Below are positions 24,823-38,541 of a DNA stretch of 54,373 nt, in pieces. Location of the stretch: contig JNEM01011672.1 of NCBI GenBank assembly GCA_000697335.1, positions 1-54,373 of the forward strand, read 5' to 3'. Each line of letters starts with the position of its first letter. The first letter of the stretch is position 1. Both the position numbers and the translations under genes were made by a program. A model generated the notes under the pieces. That model searched no databases and was not told the origin of the DNA. It worked only from the letters and a program-made list of their open reading frames with translations. This DNA is from Conidiobolus incongruus B7586. Taxonomy: Eukaryota.

Positions 24823-25815
24823 ATGAGTAAACAATACGAACATTTATTACCACCTCAATGGCATCAAACTATCGCGAATTGGCTACAGGAAGATATCCCT
24901 TCTTTAGACTATGGTGGTTTTGTAGTCGGTGTCAAACAAGAAGTCGCTGTTTTATATTGTAAGAGTTATGTAAGTAAAATATCAACATAAATAATTGTAT
25001 CAAAATTAACAATGGGTTGGGAAATAGTCAGTATTAGCTGGTATTCCATTCTTCAACGAAGTCTTCCGCTTGACTAACTGCAAAGTTGAATGGCACTATG
25101 AAGAGGGTACTGTTATTGATCCTGAACAGTTTGGTGCTAAGAAGGTACCCGTCGCTAAAGTTACTGGTCAATGTAAAGATATTTTAATTGGCGAGAGATT
25201 AGCTCTCAATATTTTTGGCAGATGCAGTTCTATCGCAACTCAGTAAGTTTATTTTATTTAGATTTTAAAATTTGTGTTGATTTTTTGGTTAGATGCCGCA
25301 AATTTACCGCTCTTAAGGAAAAGGAAGGATTTCAAGGTGTGATTGCTGGTAGTAGAAAGACTACGCCCGGTTTCCGTCTCGTTGAAAAGTATGGTATGTT
25401 AGTTGGAGGCTGTGACATGCATCGTATGGATCTCAGTAGCATGATCATGCTCAAAGACAACCACATTTGGAGTCGCGGTAGTATCACAGAAGCCGTCCAA
25501 GCCGCCAAGAGCGTTGGTGGCTTCAGTATGAAGATCGACGTCGAAGTCGGTTCCGAACAAGAAGCCAAAGAAGCTATTGAAAGTGGTGCTGATATCATCA
25601 TGTTGGACAATATTTCACCGCCCGAATTGCACCAAGTCGCCAAATCTTTGAAGGAGCAATATAAGGGCAGGTACAACTTCTTGTTGGAAGCTTCTGGAGG
25701 TATTAATATTGACAATATTACCTCTTATTTTGGCCCCAATATCGATATTATCAGTATGAGTGGATTAAATTATGGTGTCACTCCCGTTGATTTCTCTTTG
25801 AAAATTCAAAAATAG
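24823..25815 (+). CDS. BNA6: Nicotinate-nucleotide pyrophosphorylase (quinolinate phosphoribosyltransferase), 3 exons
   Basis: [58 protein letters not shown]. Introns 24970-25027 and 25243-25292. Confidence 0.96.
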
Positions 25816-26303
25816 AAAAAGTTTAAATATTTAAATCAATAAAAAACATATTATTATTGATAACTTAATGTAATATGGTCCCATTATCTATGTCACTCAA
25901 AATGAAGTTTATAAAGATGTTTCTAAAATGACAAAATTTCAATCGAATTAAAATAAATTAATAACATAAATTCTACTAGCTTTCAAAAATTTTATTTTTC
26001 ATATTGGTTTTGGCAGATTATTAATTGATAGTTTTTATATTTTTTTATCATATATAATATTAAATTCTATTAAATTAGCTGTTTACCATTGAAGTTGAGG
26101 ATAAGACAATTCCTTTATAAAAAACTTTTTTCCTCTCCAACTGACAATCATTCTTACAGTTAAAGATCAGCAATGGATTTGGTCAAATTATCGACAGCTG
26201 ATAAATATATTTAATGGAATAGCATACGTAACTTGGAATTTTGTTTGAAAAACTCATTAAGAATAATATATGTTGGATTATATAATTCCAAATAAATAAC
26301 CCT

Positions 26304-27767
26304 TCATAAAGTTAGCTGGTTTTGAATGGGTAAAAAATCCAACCAAAATAAAGTATCGGTATTGGTCTTACCACTCAGTACCACAGTGTTATTGTTGCTG
26401 CAGAGCGCTACAAAATTGAAACTGGGTTTGCACTCTATAGGAATGATACTGTTTGTAGGAGATTCTAAGTCCCAGAAGTGTACCATTGACGATGTGATGG
26501 AATTGTACGTAAAATTGCCGATGACGAGGCCCATGGCATTCAATGATATGGATCGAATGATGGAGCTATGTAGTTTGAGTTTGATTAATTGGAGATTGTT
26601 TGTGTTTGAGTTGTAATGGATATTGAATATCATGGTGCTTTGGGTAAGTACAATCGTATGGTGGTAGATTGAAAAGTGTTTGAATTGATTGTTATCCGTA
26701 GAGTCAATTGTGTCCCTAGTCCAATTTAGGGGATGGAATGTTTGAATGATTTGTAAAGTGGCTAAATCGTAGAGTTGAATAAACCCAAATACATTCACTA
26801 TTAATAGTAAATTAGTATCTGAAATGATCTTTAATGCTAGGATGGGATACTCATAAATTGGAATAGTGTGAACCAACTGATAATTTCTTTTACACCAAAG
26901 TTCGATTGTATGATCGCCAGACTGTGTAATAATATACTTTGATGAGAAAGCACCATGTGTAACCAGCGAAGTATGGCCAATTAACCTATTTACCAAACTC
27001 CCATTATGAATATTTATAACATAACACTCTCTACCATATGGACACGCAAGTAACAGACCATTATCCCAATCCAAATCCAACAAAATACAAATCTGAGGCA
27101 ATTTCCAGCTTGTGATAGACCATCTTTTCAGAATATGAATCAATCTCACCTCCCTATTATCACCCACCACGAGTAGTTCCTTAGGGCCCAAAAGCATAGT
27201 CTTATCGATATTATACGGAAAGATAGCCGATGACGTACGACTCGGCAGGCCCAGCGACCAATTCCTCTTACGATGCAACAGCAGTGTATACTTTTTAAAG
27301 TAAGAAATATCTTTCCTTTGGTCCAAAGGGTCCAATTCTCCAATTAACAAGTTTTGAAAATATTTTTTATACCAAAAGCTTTCATCTTTTAGTAATAAGT
27401 GCCAAGATTTGCATGACTATAACGAACTAATTAACAATTCATCATATTGATAATAATATAATTTTACAATAAAACAATTTAAAATATCATCACCTTCCAA
27501 ATACTTAAAAACCAATAGACTTAGGTCCTTTGGTAAATACTTTATTAAGTTGAATTTACCTCTATTTTGGTCATTTAAACTCTTTTGTAACAAATAACAG
27601 TCTAAAGCACTAGCTTGTTGAATAAGAGTATCAAAACTAGAAAATTGTGATTAGTTATGAATAGAATGATATCTAAATGCTTTTTACAATTGAGTTTTAT
27701 CTTGAGTTGATAATTTTTTAATTTGATGAATTATGTCATCTAGTTTTGTGGTATTGTTATTTTCCAT
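26304..27767 (-). CDS. F-box / WD40-repeat protein
   Basis: Upstream exons give NLIKYLPKDLSLLVFKYLEGDDILNCF..CKSWHLL (F-box). The last exon has WD-like repeats (LIGHTSLVTH..SGDHTIELW, VHFWD). Confidence 0.8.
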
Positions 27768-28334
27768 TTTATATTTTATAGTTAAGATTGAGTGGATGAA
27801 GTTAAAATGAATTTATTGAATTTATAGTGAAATTTAATTGAAATTCAATATTTGGGTTTTGGATTCGCAGTCACTAAAATAATGAATTCATTTAAATTTG
27901 ATATATAACTTTTGAAATATAATTAGTTTCCAAACATTTTGTTTATTGAATAATATACTATTACGATGATCATATTTATAAATTTTCAAATAGAAAATTA
28001 ATCAATTTCGATCATATAATTCAAATATTTGGATTGGTTTTCTTAAATAAAAAATAACTATAACTTACAATTAATCAAATGAAAATGAATCATTGATATT
28101 ATCAAATACAAATGATATGAAAATTGAATTATAAGTTAATGTATTGATTTGAATATTTATTACAAACAGTTATATTCAAAATAATGAAATATTTAAAATA
28201 CTTTAAAAAGCTATATAAATTGCATATTACAGAGTTTTACATTCTTAACAATAGAAATCATCTCAAATCATAAAGTTCTAACATATGACCACACAAATAA
28301 TGAAATCATAATATTTTACACTAATCCAAAGCTA

Positions 28335-29668
28335 TTACTGCCACGAAGCATTCGATTCATCTCTCTCGATTTCGTAAGACCTATGTGGAATTACAGGCCT
28401 TTTCAAATTAAATAATTTAACCATACCCTTCCAAGTCATTTGGTCCATTTCAAAAATCCACTGCCTCTTAATCAATCCTTTGCGATAGTCTTCATGGGTT
28501 GGAGGTTGACTACTCGCTGTAAAAATAGTTAGTATTTTAAATAAATGATAATAATGGTCGTTTACATAAAATGGGATGATTATCTTGATCAATCTCTATT
28601 TTAGCTCTACCATCCCTTATTAAAAAACTTAGGAAGAAAATATTCTCGATGGTTTGTCCATAGCTTAAAGGGTTGATTACGAATTTGAAGAGATTGATGG
28701 GACTGCACTTGGCTAGAGTGTTCGCTACTATTATTACGTTGGCTGTCGTGTCGTTTTCAGTTTCTGTGTCGTTACTGTCGATCTAAATATTGGATTTGAG
28801 ATATATATGATAATATGCTGGAAGGGTACTTACTACTTTGGGTACAGCTGTAGGCTGACCCGATGTATTTAGCGTATTTCTAGTACCTTTAATAGTTCTA
28901 GCTTTATGTTGAATACTTAAAGGGCCCAATCTAAAGTAACCACATAATTAATACCAATAATTCCAAATCCATTTAACAATCACTTACAAAAACTTAATCC
29001 CTGGAACCGGCTGTAAGTGCTTCGAAGCAATTTCATCCAATTCGGACCATCTATTAATCAGATCCTGCTGAGCATACTCTTCATCGCCATCCTCATTGTC
29101 TAAACCCAACTTGTGGAACAGACACGATTTGAACAATTCTAAACTGAAATCTTTCGTCTTTCCTCGCATTTTCCTGGCTCTTTTCACTCCCATATCGGCT
29201 GCCATTACTAGGAGACGGGAGTCAAGTGTGGCTTCAAATGTACTGTTTACTAGAAGTGTGTTACTATGTGGATGTATAATATCGGTAATTGATATATGAT
29301 AAAACCTTGAGAATAAAGTTCATTAGCCTTAGTCAAATGATCAATTAAATGTTCCGTAGTATTATTTTCAATATCATTCTGTGATTCTAAACTCACCAAT
29401 AAATATCATTATTGCCATATATTTAATATTTCCAAATACCTTCTAATTCTGTCAACAATTTCCTATACCTCTTTCTCAATTTTCTATTATTCTCCTTAAC
29501 TTGAGCGTCTTCGACCAAATCGTCCAAATCTGGCAATTGTGTAGCCAACATGGATTCATCCTCCTGCTGCTGATGTTGGTTGGAAATGGTCGAGGTGTTC
29601 ACACTCATAACGCTTTGATTCGCTTCCGAGCTCGATTGAGGTTTTTCACGTTGTAAAATTGCACTCAT
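28335..29668 (-). CDS. NSE4: Smc5/6 kleisin subunit Nse4, multi-exon
   Basis: RKLRKRYRKL, LTKANEL, EATLDSRLLVMAAD, FLLGPLSIQHK, FVINPLSYGQTIENIFFLSFLIRDG, QWIFEMD..W..PVIPHR. Confidence 0.9.
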
Positions 29669-30246
29669 TATATTTTATTAACTCTGAATAATTTATATAT
29701 GATACGAAAATAATATATAATAGTTAATTAAATTTCTTTAAATAATTTTATACAATGAATGACTTAGAAATGAATCAGAATTAATATTTTGGCGATTGAG
29801 TCAATTTTATTTTATGGGATTATTTTTTGAAAATAATTTGACCAAATCATATTTATTAAAATTATTAAGATTGTATATAGAATTGAAAAACATGTAACCA
29901 ATTTTTAAGTAAAAAAAATACTAGTTTTAATAGTTCACTTTAATCATTATTAAATCATGAGTAGTTAGAGATTTAGACAAATAATATTTCAAAAAATTTT
30001 ACAATTCACTTAAAAATATATGAATATATATAATTATTTAATTATTCATTATTTACAAAAATTTTATTAAGATTAATCCTTTGTTTGATAAGATAATCCT
30101 TCAAAAGCTTGTTGGTTATTAAATTTTCTTTCAAAATTCCTATTATCAATTAAAAATTAGATAAGATAATCCCATAAATAAAAATTATTTTGAAAATTGA
30201 TTAAATAATATATTCCCGAGAAAAAAAATATCAATATTAAAAAACA

Positions 30247-31095
30247 ATGGCACCTAAAAACGAATTAAATAAAATAGAATCAAAACCAAATTTGTATAAT
30301 CCATTAAAACCATTATGGTAAAAGTTAATAAATTGAATGTGAATGTTTTTAATTTATTTATTGTACAGGCCAACCATTGATACAGATATTCAACAAACTA
30401 TATTTAAACAATTTTTTGAGTAGATACTAAGCAATTATAATTAATTACCAATTTTTATACTAATATTAATTTAAATTTAAAATAGAATATTAAAGTCGAA
30501 TATAAGCGACTCACCAAAAGACAAAATTCGTTCTAAGGCTTTAGAATTCGTAATAATTAGGAATAACTCAGTTACTCGACTATTGCAAAAAGCTATAAAA
30601 ACAAATATACAGCCAACAATTAATTTAATATTGGTGTGCAAAGAAGATATCAACTGTGGTATATTTATCGATCATTTGCCAAAATTATTACAGCAATTTG
30701 ATACTTCTTTACCCATTGTAACATTACCAAAAGGCTCGCAGAGTGAATTGGCTAATATTTTGGGGATGAGATGTTGTTCAGTGATTGGTATAAAGGTAAT
30801 ACCCATAATTATCAAAAAATACCACATATTTATATTTTCATCAATTTAGAACACTTCACAAATCTTCGATCCTTTACAAAATACCATCCAAACCCTACCC
30901 AAAGTCGCCTTATCAAATTATCTCAAACTGGACTCTCAAATCCAATTCCAAGACACCGTCAAGCCCGAACTGATGCAATTGAGAGTCAAAATGGTGAAAA
31001 TTGCTCACAAGCCCAAGAATAGCAAAAAATTATTGAGGTCAGAAAGAAAGAAATTAAAACAAACTCAATCTCAAGAAATTGGAAAGATTAAATAA
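30247..31095 (+). CDS. L7Ae/L30e-fold protein, likely RNase P/MRP subunit Pop3/Rpp38, 4 exons
   Basis: IIRNNSVTRLLQ..ILVCKEDI..HLP..LPKGSQSELANILGMRCCSVIGIK, followed by a basic tail. Confidence 0.7.
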
Positions 31096-31588
31096 TTTAA
31101 GTATGTTTTTTGATACTAGGATAATAAAATAAATAAATAAAATTATATTATAAAAGATAGGTAATGTTTATAAATACTGAATTTTAATTATTAAGTCATA
31201 AAAGTCTGTATCATGTAATTGTATCAGTTTTAAATATGGATTTCAATCAATGCACCTTGATTTCAATTCCATTTGTTTGTTTTAAAAATATATTTCCAAT
31301 TTATTTAAATCTGATTTTTGTGACTTTTATCTTCACCTGTATAAACAATTGACCAGCTATTCAATAATTTGAAAAATATTTATATCCAATTTAGAATTTC
31401 TTACAGAATTAATTTTATAATTGATATATAATTTTAATTTATTAATACAGCTATTTCATATAAATTAATTCTAATAATATTGTATAAAATTTAATTGATA
31501 TAACTAAAATTAAATCGATTATAAAATATTTACTCTTGTAATGATTTGAAAGATAAGAATTTGGAAAATATTTTAAGATACTTGATAA

Positions 31589-33232
31589 CTATTTATATTT
31601 GTGATCAAATTTAACCAAACTATCTATATACTTCATAAACTCTAAAACCTTTTCATCACTCGATTTCTTACCCACGATTTGAACACCAATAGGTAAACCT
31701 GCCATTTCTTTACTATTATAAAATGAATAACATAATTTTTGCGCCCAATAACCTCTATTATAATCCTTAGGTAATTTCTCTTTCAGCCATTGATTGACAT
31801 TATCCATTCGATCCAAATCAGCATCAACTTTAGTCACAGGAATAACACCACTTGGATAATTGTATAAATTAAAGATCATACAGGGCCACAGCGACGGACT
31901 GATAGCAATGAAGGTATCGTGTTTTTGGGGTGGTGATACAGAAACAGGACATATTAATACATCCATTTGATGGCCATCTTTCTCCCCAGTTTTGATCCAA
32001 GCATCCAAAGTTTCTTTCGCCAATTGATTCTTTTGCTCTTGATAATTCCATAACTTGGCAACAGTTGGCAGGATTGAAAAGGTCAATAAATCGCTATATG
32101 TCTTCTGTCCCAAGAAATTTGCCAGTGCATACTGCAAACATTTCTTGACAAAGTTTGGAATTTGAAGGACTCTAACTAATGGTGAGATTAAGGAAGTATA
32201 CGATTCAGACCAAGTCATAAATCGCTTTGCATTATCTAAGCCATCCGATACTAAGATAGCTCCAGCTAATTTGTACGCTTCAGCTGCTCCAGGTATCTTG
32301 AATTCAAATACTTCATGTCCCTCTTTCTTCAATAATTCAACCACTTCTAACACCGCTCGTTCACATACTGGAGTCGAAGGGAATACACCATTGCTGACAA
32401 TATATCCAATCTTATAACGTTTCTCTTTAGTAAATTGAAATGGTTCATATGGTGTTTTAGTGCTGTCACTATCAATTTCCCAAGGTTTTAACTGAATAAC
32501 ATGACGGAATACAGCTGCAAGGTCATCCACACTTCTACCCATAGGCCCTGGAGAAGTCAAAATCGAATCTTGGCCCGAAGAGAATCGAAAGTGACCAGCC
32601 ATTGGAAATCGTCCAGCAGTTGGTTTGAACGAATAGATCCCGCAGTAACTCGCAGGAATTCTCAAGCTACTTCCTGAATCACTACCGATTCCCAAAATGG
32701 AGCCTCTCGCACCGATTAGAGCACCCTCACCGCCACTACTTCCACCACAAGTAAACTCAGGATTATAAGGGTTCTTAGTGACACCAAACACTGGATTAGA
32801 GGTCTCAGTAGTCAATCCAAATTGAGGTACATTAGTTTTACAATAGGGAATACATCCCAACTGTCTCAACAATGCAACAATTGTAGCATCTTCTTGTTGA
32901 TCAACCTCTCCTAACCTCTGATAACCGCCCCAAGTTGGCCAATTTTTAACATGGAAGGAATCTTTCACTGATAGCGGAACTCCCAGAAAAGGATACTCGG
33001 ATTCAGGAAATGAAATCCCAGCTTGAATATCGATATCCAAACGTTCAGCGGCTTCTAACGCCTCCTGTTCCTTCAGAAGAATTACACTGTTGGTAAATGC
33101 GTTAGCCCGTTCCGTCATCTGAATCACTGTTTCCATCACTTTTTTAGCAGTCCAATTCCTCGAGCGGATTTTGTTAGCTACTTCTAAAGCTGATAGTTCT
33201 TGAATTTCTTCAATTGAATTTTGATTTTTCAT
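31589..33232 (-). CDS. Amidase-signature family enzyme (FAAH/acetamidase-like), copy 1, intronless
   Basis: GVPLSVKD (Lys), KTNVPQ, GGSSGGE (cis-Ser), GSDSGSSLRIPA (Ser nucleophile), GLPIGVQIVG. Confidence 0.93.
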   Translation of the reverse strand: MKNQNSIEEIQELSALEVANKIRSRNWTAKKVMETVIQMTERANAFTNSVILLKEQEALEAAERLDIDIQAGISFPESEYPFLGVPLSVKDSFHVKNWPTWGGYQRLGEVDQQEDATIVALLRQLGCIPYCKTNVPQFGLTTETSNPVFGVTKNPYNPEFTCGGSSGGEGALIGARGSILGIGSDSGSSLRIPASYCGIYSFKPTAGRFPMAGHFRFSSGQDSILTSPGPMGRSVDDLAAVFRHVIQLKPWEIDSDSTKTPYEPFQFTKEKRYKIGYIVSNGVFPSTPVCERAVLEVVELLKKEGHEVFEFKIPGAAEAYKLAGAILVSDGLDNAKRFMTWSESYTSLISPLVRVLQIPNFVKKCLQYALANFLGQKTYSDLLTFSILPTVAKLWNYQEQKNQLAKETLDAWIKTGEKDGHQMDVLICPVSVSPPQKHDTFIAISPSLWPCMIFNLYNYPSGVIPVTKVDADLDRMDNVNQWLKEKLPKDYNRGYWAQKLCYSFYNSKEMAGLPIGVQIVGKKSSDEKVLEFMKYIDSLVKFDHKYK

Positions 33233-34210
33233 TTTTAAATTGTGATATTATTGTCAATTGAAACTAAGTCTTAATTGTTTTTCGATTTTGATTTGTGATT
33301 AATATACTAAAACTTTCGGACAATACTTTCAACTGATGACAAATTCTTACAATATTATTTAATACTTACAAATTGAAATCTATGATATTTATCCATATAT
33401 TCAAGATGATGAACTTTAATGTCAATTTATGAACTAAATATTAAAAATTATATTCAACAGGATTTTATTTATAAAAATGGTCGGATTTCTTAGGTAGATT
33501 CTATGGAATGTTAGTAATCAATTAATTTAAATTTCCATTAATAACAATATATGATTTCAATACGTGAATAACAAATAATTGAAAAAATTGGAACTATATT
33601 AAATTCAAATATGCACTGACTTGTGATGATGTCACTAATATATGCTTCATTTTTTACCAATTTTATTATAACTAATTGAATAATGTAATAGTGTTGAATA
33701 TTTTATTGTATTTATTTAACTATAATATATTAAATTCTATAAATATTAAAACAATGTTATCATATTTTTCATTGTGACATCTTTATATATATTTTTTTTA
33801 ATCGATCAAGATGAATCAATACAAATTTGATGAACTTATTCATCTTGCGAAATTTTATGCCTTATATTATTATGTGGAAGTTGAATTTATTCCAAACTCA
33901 AACCTTTTGAATATTAATGAATTATTATAATAAATAATGTAGAGTATTATCTTTACAATATTTATAAATTGAAAATTCATTAAAATATATCAACACAATC
34001 CATTTTAAATATTGATTATTAAATTTATTATTTGTTTTGTATATATTTTATGAATATTTTTAAACTTTAAGTATTGAAACAAAAAATAGTGTATATATAA
34101 TTCATGATTTGATTTGAATTAATTTAATTTGTATTGAGGTGTTTGAAGAAAATTGAGTTTTTGATTTAATGTAATAATTTTGAACAATATAATTCGAATG
34201 GATTAATTTT

Positions 34211-35782
34211 TATAATATCAAAACATCAATATACCTCATAGTAATTTAGGTTCTTTCATATTCGGATTCTGTGCCTACAATTCGAATTCCTATTAATAAC
34301 ACAGTCATTTAATTAATATCATAAAGTGAATACCATAAAATCTGTGCCCAAGCTCCTCCTTTATAATTTTTTGCAACTTCTACGACCATTGGTCAGTCTC
34401 ATTCAATCTGTTTAAATTAGCTTCTACTCTAGTCACAAGAATCGCTTCACTGGAATAGTTGAGCATATTTAAATTCATGATAGGCTGGAGACATGGACTA
34501 ACCTAAATGAAATTGTTATACTTTTAAGGAAGCAATACGACTGCAGGCAATATTTAAATATCCTTCCCATTACCATCAAGGCCTGTGTTATTCCAAGCAC
34601 CCAAAGATTGTTTTGCTCTTGATGGTTCCTCAATTCGACAACGTATAGGGGTACTACAAAGTTGAAAATATCACTTAAAGCCTTTTCCAGAAATACTGGC
34701 AAGAACCAAATAAAAACTTTGAATCACCAAATTCAGAATTTCAAAGCTTCTAATGAGTACAACTTTCACTCAGAAGTATGGCTCATTCCATTCCACGAAT
34801 TATTTTGCATTTTCTAGATCATGTACAGCTAGAATTGATGCCGCTAACCTATAGGCATTAGCCATTCCAGGTAAATTAAATTCAAATACTTCACGACAAT
34901 GACTTCTCAATAATTTGACTACCAAATCTGCTCATTCACAAGCAGGAGTTGCAAAAATAGTTGATTATTTACAACACATCCAATCTTATTGTGTCTATTT
35001 TAGATAACTCCAATTGTCTGTAAAGAATTTTAATTGACTCGCGATTTATTTTTCAAGGTTCAGACTTAAGCATATTTCGAAATGCTGTCTCTAAATAGTC
35101 AGCACTCTTCCTCATTAGACCTGGTACCGTAAGTGTCGACTCTTGACCTGAGAGATAATTGTGATTACCAGTTATTGGGAATTTTCCAGGAGTTTGTTTC
35201 AATGAATAGCTCTCACAAAAACTACCTGGGATTCCCAGGCTACTTCTTCAGTCGCTTCCGATTTCGAGAATAGGACTGTGAGCTCTAACTAATGCTCATT
35301 CACTGTCACTGCTCTCTCCACTGGTAAATGCAGGATTATATGGATTATTGGTAGCGCCAAATACAGGATTAGCAGTTTCAGTTGATAAACCAAATTGAGG
35401 GACATTAGTTTTGCAGTATGGGATACATCCTAATTTTTTAACACTATGGCCAAAATAGCATTTTCTTTTTGCACCACTTCTCCCAACTTGCGATATACCG
35501 TTCAAATTGGCCAACCTTGGAATGGAGCATCAAAAAATGAATGCTCAGCTTCTAAGAATGAAAAACTAGCTTTAATAACAATGTCTAAGTGTTCAGAAGC
35601 TTCCAAAGCCTCCTGCTGCTTTAACAGAATCACATTGTTGCTCAATTCGCGAGCTCGTTTTAGTATCTTTATCACTTTCTCTATTACCTGCTTCGCAGCA
35701 CATTCTTCAGAGCGAACCTTGTTACCCTCTTTCAAAGCTGCAATCGCTTGAATTTCTTCTTCAATAGCATTATATTTATGCA
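34211..35782 (-). pseudogene. Amidase pseudogene (full-length, frameshifts and stops)
   Basis: Colinear fragments EEEIQAIAAL..QEALEASE, LGCIPYCKTNVPQFGLSTETANPVFG, GSD*RSSLGIP, EVFEFNLPG, GIRIVG..MRYID. Confidence 0.9.
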
Positions 35783-36897
35783 TAGTAGACAAACAATTTA
35801 TTTCATAATTGTTGTAAGAATACTAGACTTATAAAATTAACTCGAAACAATTTTTTATTTATTTCATCATGTGACTGGATTTGACTACAAATAATTTACT
35901 CAAAAAAATTTTGTATTCCAGAAAAAATTATTGTATATTTATAAAATTAATGAATTCAAATTAATTGAATATATGTTCCTAATAACCAAAGCAATATTAA
36001 TCATACTATACATGTTTAATTTTTGCAAATAATATGAATTTTATATTTGAAACTGAACAATATCAAAATAATATTATGAGCAGGGAAATGCACAAAGAAT
36101 AATTAAATATAATCAATATATTCCTTATTTAATTATGTCAATATCAATATTACATATTAAATATTTAATATTATTAACTCAATTATACTAATAAAATTGA
36201 ACAAAATATTTTAATTAGTGGTCAATGGAAAATAATATATTTTTTTAAAGTTAGACTTGTAGATTTAAATTTAACAAATCACTATAATTTCTAATTATTT
36301 ATATATAACAATATTTCATTTTACTTTGAGTATCATATATTTAATTGATTCAAAAATATTACTACATTTTTTAACAGCATTTTTATTGGATATGATAAAA
36401 ATTCTTGTTGAAATAGTTCAAATGAATAATCTATGTTATATTTACATCATCAATTTACTTATCTTTCAATATTATAATTATACGTTTGAATTAAATTTTA
36501 ATTATGATATTTCAGAAATCATGTTTCAGTTATATATATTATTTGACGCTTATTTTAAAAAAATCATAAAATTTTTATAATTATTAATTAATCTTTTACT
36601 TATTATTGATTTATAAAGCATTTTTTTGATTAGATATCAAATATTTAAAATTCAAAATATAATTATTATAATACAATTGGATGAATTTAAGTTATGTAGC
36701 ATGAAATTTAAGGTTTAACTAAGTAGATATCAATTTATATAAACATTTGCAGTATCAATGAAAATGTATTTTTTGTAATAGTTGTCATATGTGGAAGCAG
36801 TGATATTTTTCGATAAGAATATTGATATTTTTATTTTTAACCAAGAGTTATATATGGATATAAATCATTGCATTAATCAAAAGTTCAGCTAATTTGG

Positions 36898-38541
36898 TTA
36901 TTTGATTTGATGAGTTTTAATCAAACCATCAATGTATTTCATAAATTCTAGCACCTTTTCATCCTCTGATTTTTTGGCAGCAACTTGAATCCCAATTGGA
37001 AGTCCTGCCATTTCTTTGCTATTATAAAACGAATAACATAATTTTTGGGCCCAAGTTCCTCCATTATAATCTTTAGGTAATTTCTCTTTGAGCCATTCAT
37101 CCACGTTATCTAATCTATCTAAGTCAGGATCTACTTTAGTTACTGGGATCACACCACTAGGATAGTTCAGCAAGTTGAAAATCATGCAGGGCCAAAGGGT
37201 TGGACTAATGTACATGAAAGTATTGTGCTTCTGAGGAGGCATTGCGCTAACGGGACATATTAAAACATCCATTTGATGACCATCTTCCTCTCCTGTCTTA
37301 GTCCAAGCTTTAAGTGCTTGTATACTCAAATCATTTTTCCTCTCTTGGTAATTCCAGAGTGTGGTGACAGAAGGTAGATTTGAAAAACCCAAAATATCAC
37401 CTAAAGTGTGTTGTCCAAGGATATTAGTGAACAAAAATTGTAATCCTCTAGCAATAAAGTTGGGAATTTGGAGAGTTCTAACAACAGGTGCGGTTAATGC
37501 CGAATAAGTCTCATACCACCCCATGTGCCTTTTAGCGTTTTCTAAACCGTCAGCAAGTAAAATACGACTGGTTATCTGATAAGCATCGGTAATTCCAGGT
37601 AAATCAAACTCAAAAACTTCATGACCTTGATTCCTTAATAATTCAACTACTTCTAAAACTGCTCTCTCACAAGATGGAGTCGCTGGAAAAAGATTGTTAT
37701 TTACCATATATCCAATTTTGAATTTTTGGTCTTTTTTAAGGGTGTATGGATCGTATGGAGTCTTGGTACAATAGCCATCAAATTTCCAAGGTTGAGATTT
37801 GATCACATATCGAAACATAGCTTCAACATCCTCAACACTTTTTCCCATAGGGCCTGACGTAAAATTGATTGAATCCTGACCCGACATAATTGACATTTGA
37901 CCGTAATTTGGAAATCTTCCAGGAGTAGGTTTGAATGAATAAATTCCACAAAAACTAGCTGGGACTCTCAAACTACCACCAATATCACTTCCAATACCTA
38001 ATACCGATCCTTGGGCTCCAATTAAAGCTGCTTCACCACCACTGCTACCACCAGAAGTAAAATTAGGATTGAATGGATTCGTAGTGGTCCCAAATACAGG
38101 ATTGGCAGTTTCAGTTGCTAAACCAAATTGAGGGACATTAGTTTTGCAGTATGGGATACATCCTAACTTTTTCAAAACCGTTACAATAGTAGCTTCCTCT
38201 TCTTGTACTACTTTGCCAGCTTTTTTGTAACCACCCCAAGTAGGCCAGCCTTTGACATGAAAGAAATCTTTAACAGATATAGGAACACCCAAAAATGGAT
38301 ATTCTTTCTCAGGGAACTCTTCTCCAGCTTTAATTCTGCTATCCAGACCTTCTGCGGCTTTCATGGCTTCTTTGTCTTGCCAAAGTACGACACTATTAGT
38401 GAAATCTTGTGCTTGTTTTGATAACTGGATGACAGTTGCCATGACTTGTGTTGCAGTCCACTTTTTAGAACGAATATTTTTAGCTATTTCCAAAGCTGAA
38501 CTCTTTTGAATCTCATCTTCGATTAAATTCACCATTGTCAT
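36898..38541 (-). CDS. Amidase-signature family enzyme, copy 2, intronless
   Basis: GVPISVKD, GGSSGGE, GSDIGGSLRVPA; 547 aa. Confidence 0.93.
   Translation of the reverse strand: MTMVNLIEDEIQKSSALEIAKNIRSKKWTATQVMATVIQLSKQAQDFTNSVVLWQDKEAMKAAEGLDSRIKAGEEFPEKEYPFLGVPISVKDFFHVKGWPTWGGYKKAGKVVQEEEATIVTVLKKLGCIPYCKTNVPQFGLATETANPVFGTTTNPFNPNFTSGGSSGGEAALIGAQGSVLGIGSDIGGSLRVPASFCGIYSFKPTPGRFPNYGQMSIMSGQDSINFTSGPMGKSVEDVEAMFRYVIKSQPWKFDGYCTKTPYDPYTLKKDQKFKIGYMVNNNLFPATPSCERAVLEVVELLRNQGHEVFEFDLPGITDAYQITSRILLADGLENAKRHMGWYETYSALTAPVVRTLQIPNFIARGLQFLFTNILGQHTLGDILGFSNLPSVTTLWNYQERKNDLSIQALKAWTKTGEEDGHQMDVLICPVSAMPPQKHNTFMYISPTLWPCMIFNLLNYPSGVIPVTKVDPDLDRLDNVDEWLKEKLPKDYNGGTWAQKLCYSFYNSKEMAGLPIGIQVAAKKSEDEKVLEFMKYIDGLIKTHQIK

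Noticed and set aside
36326..36580. 84-aa ORF between amidase copies
   Set aside because: Non-ATG start and I/L/F/Y/N composition typical of chance ORFs in AT-rich DNA.
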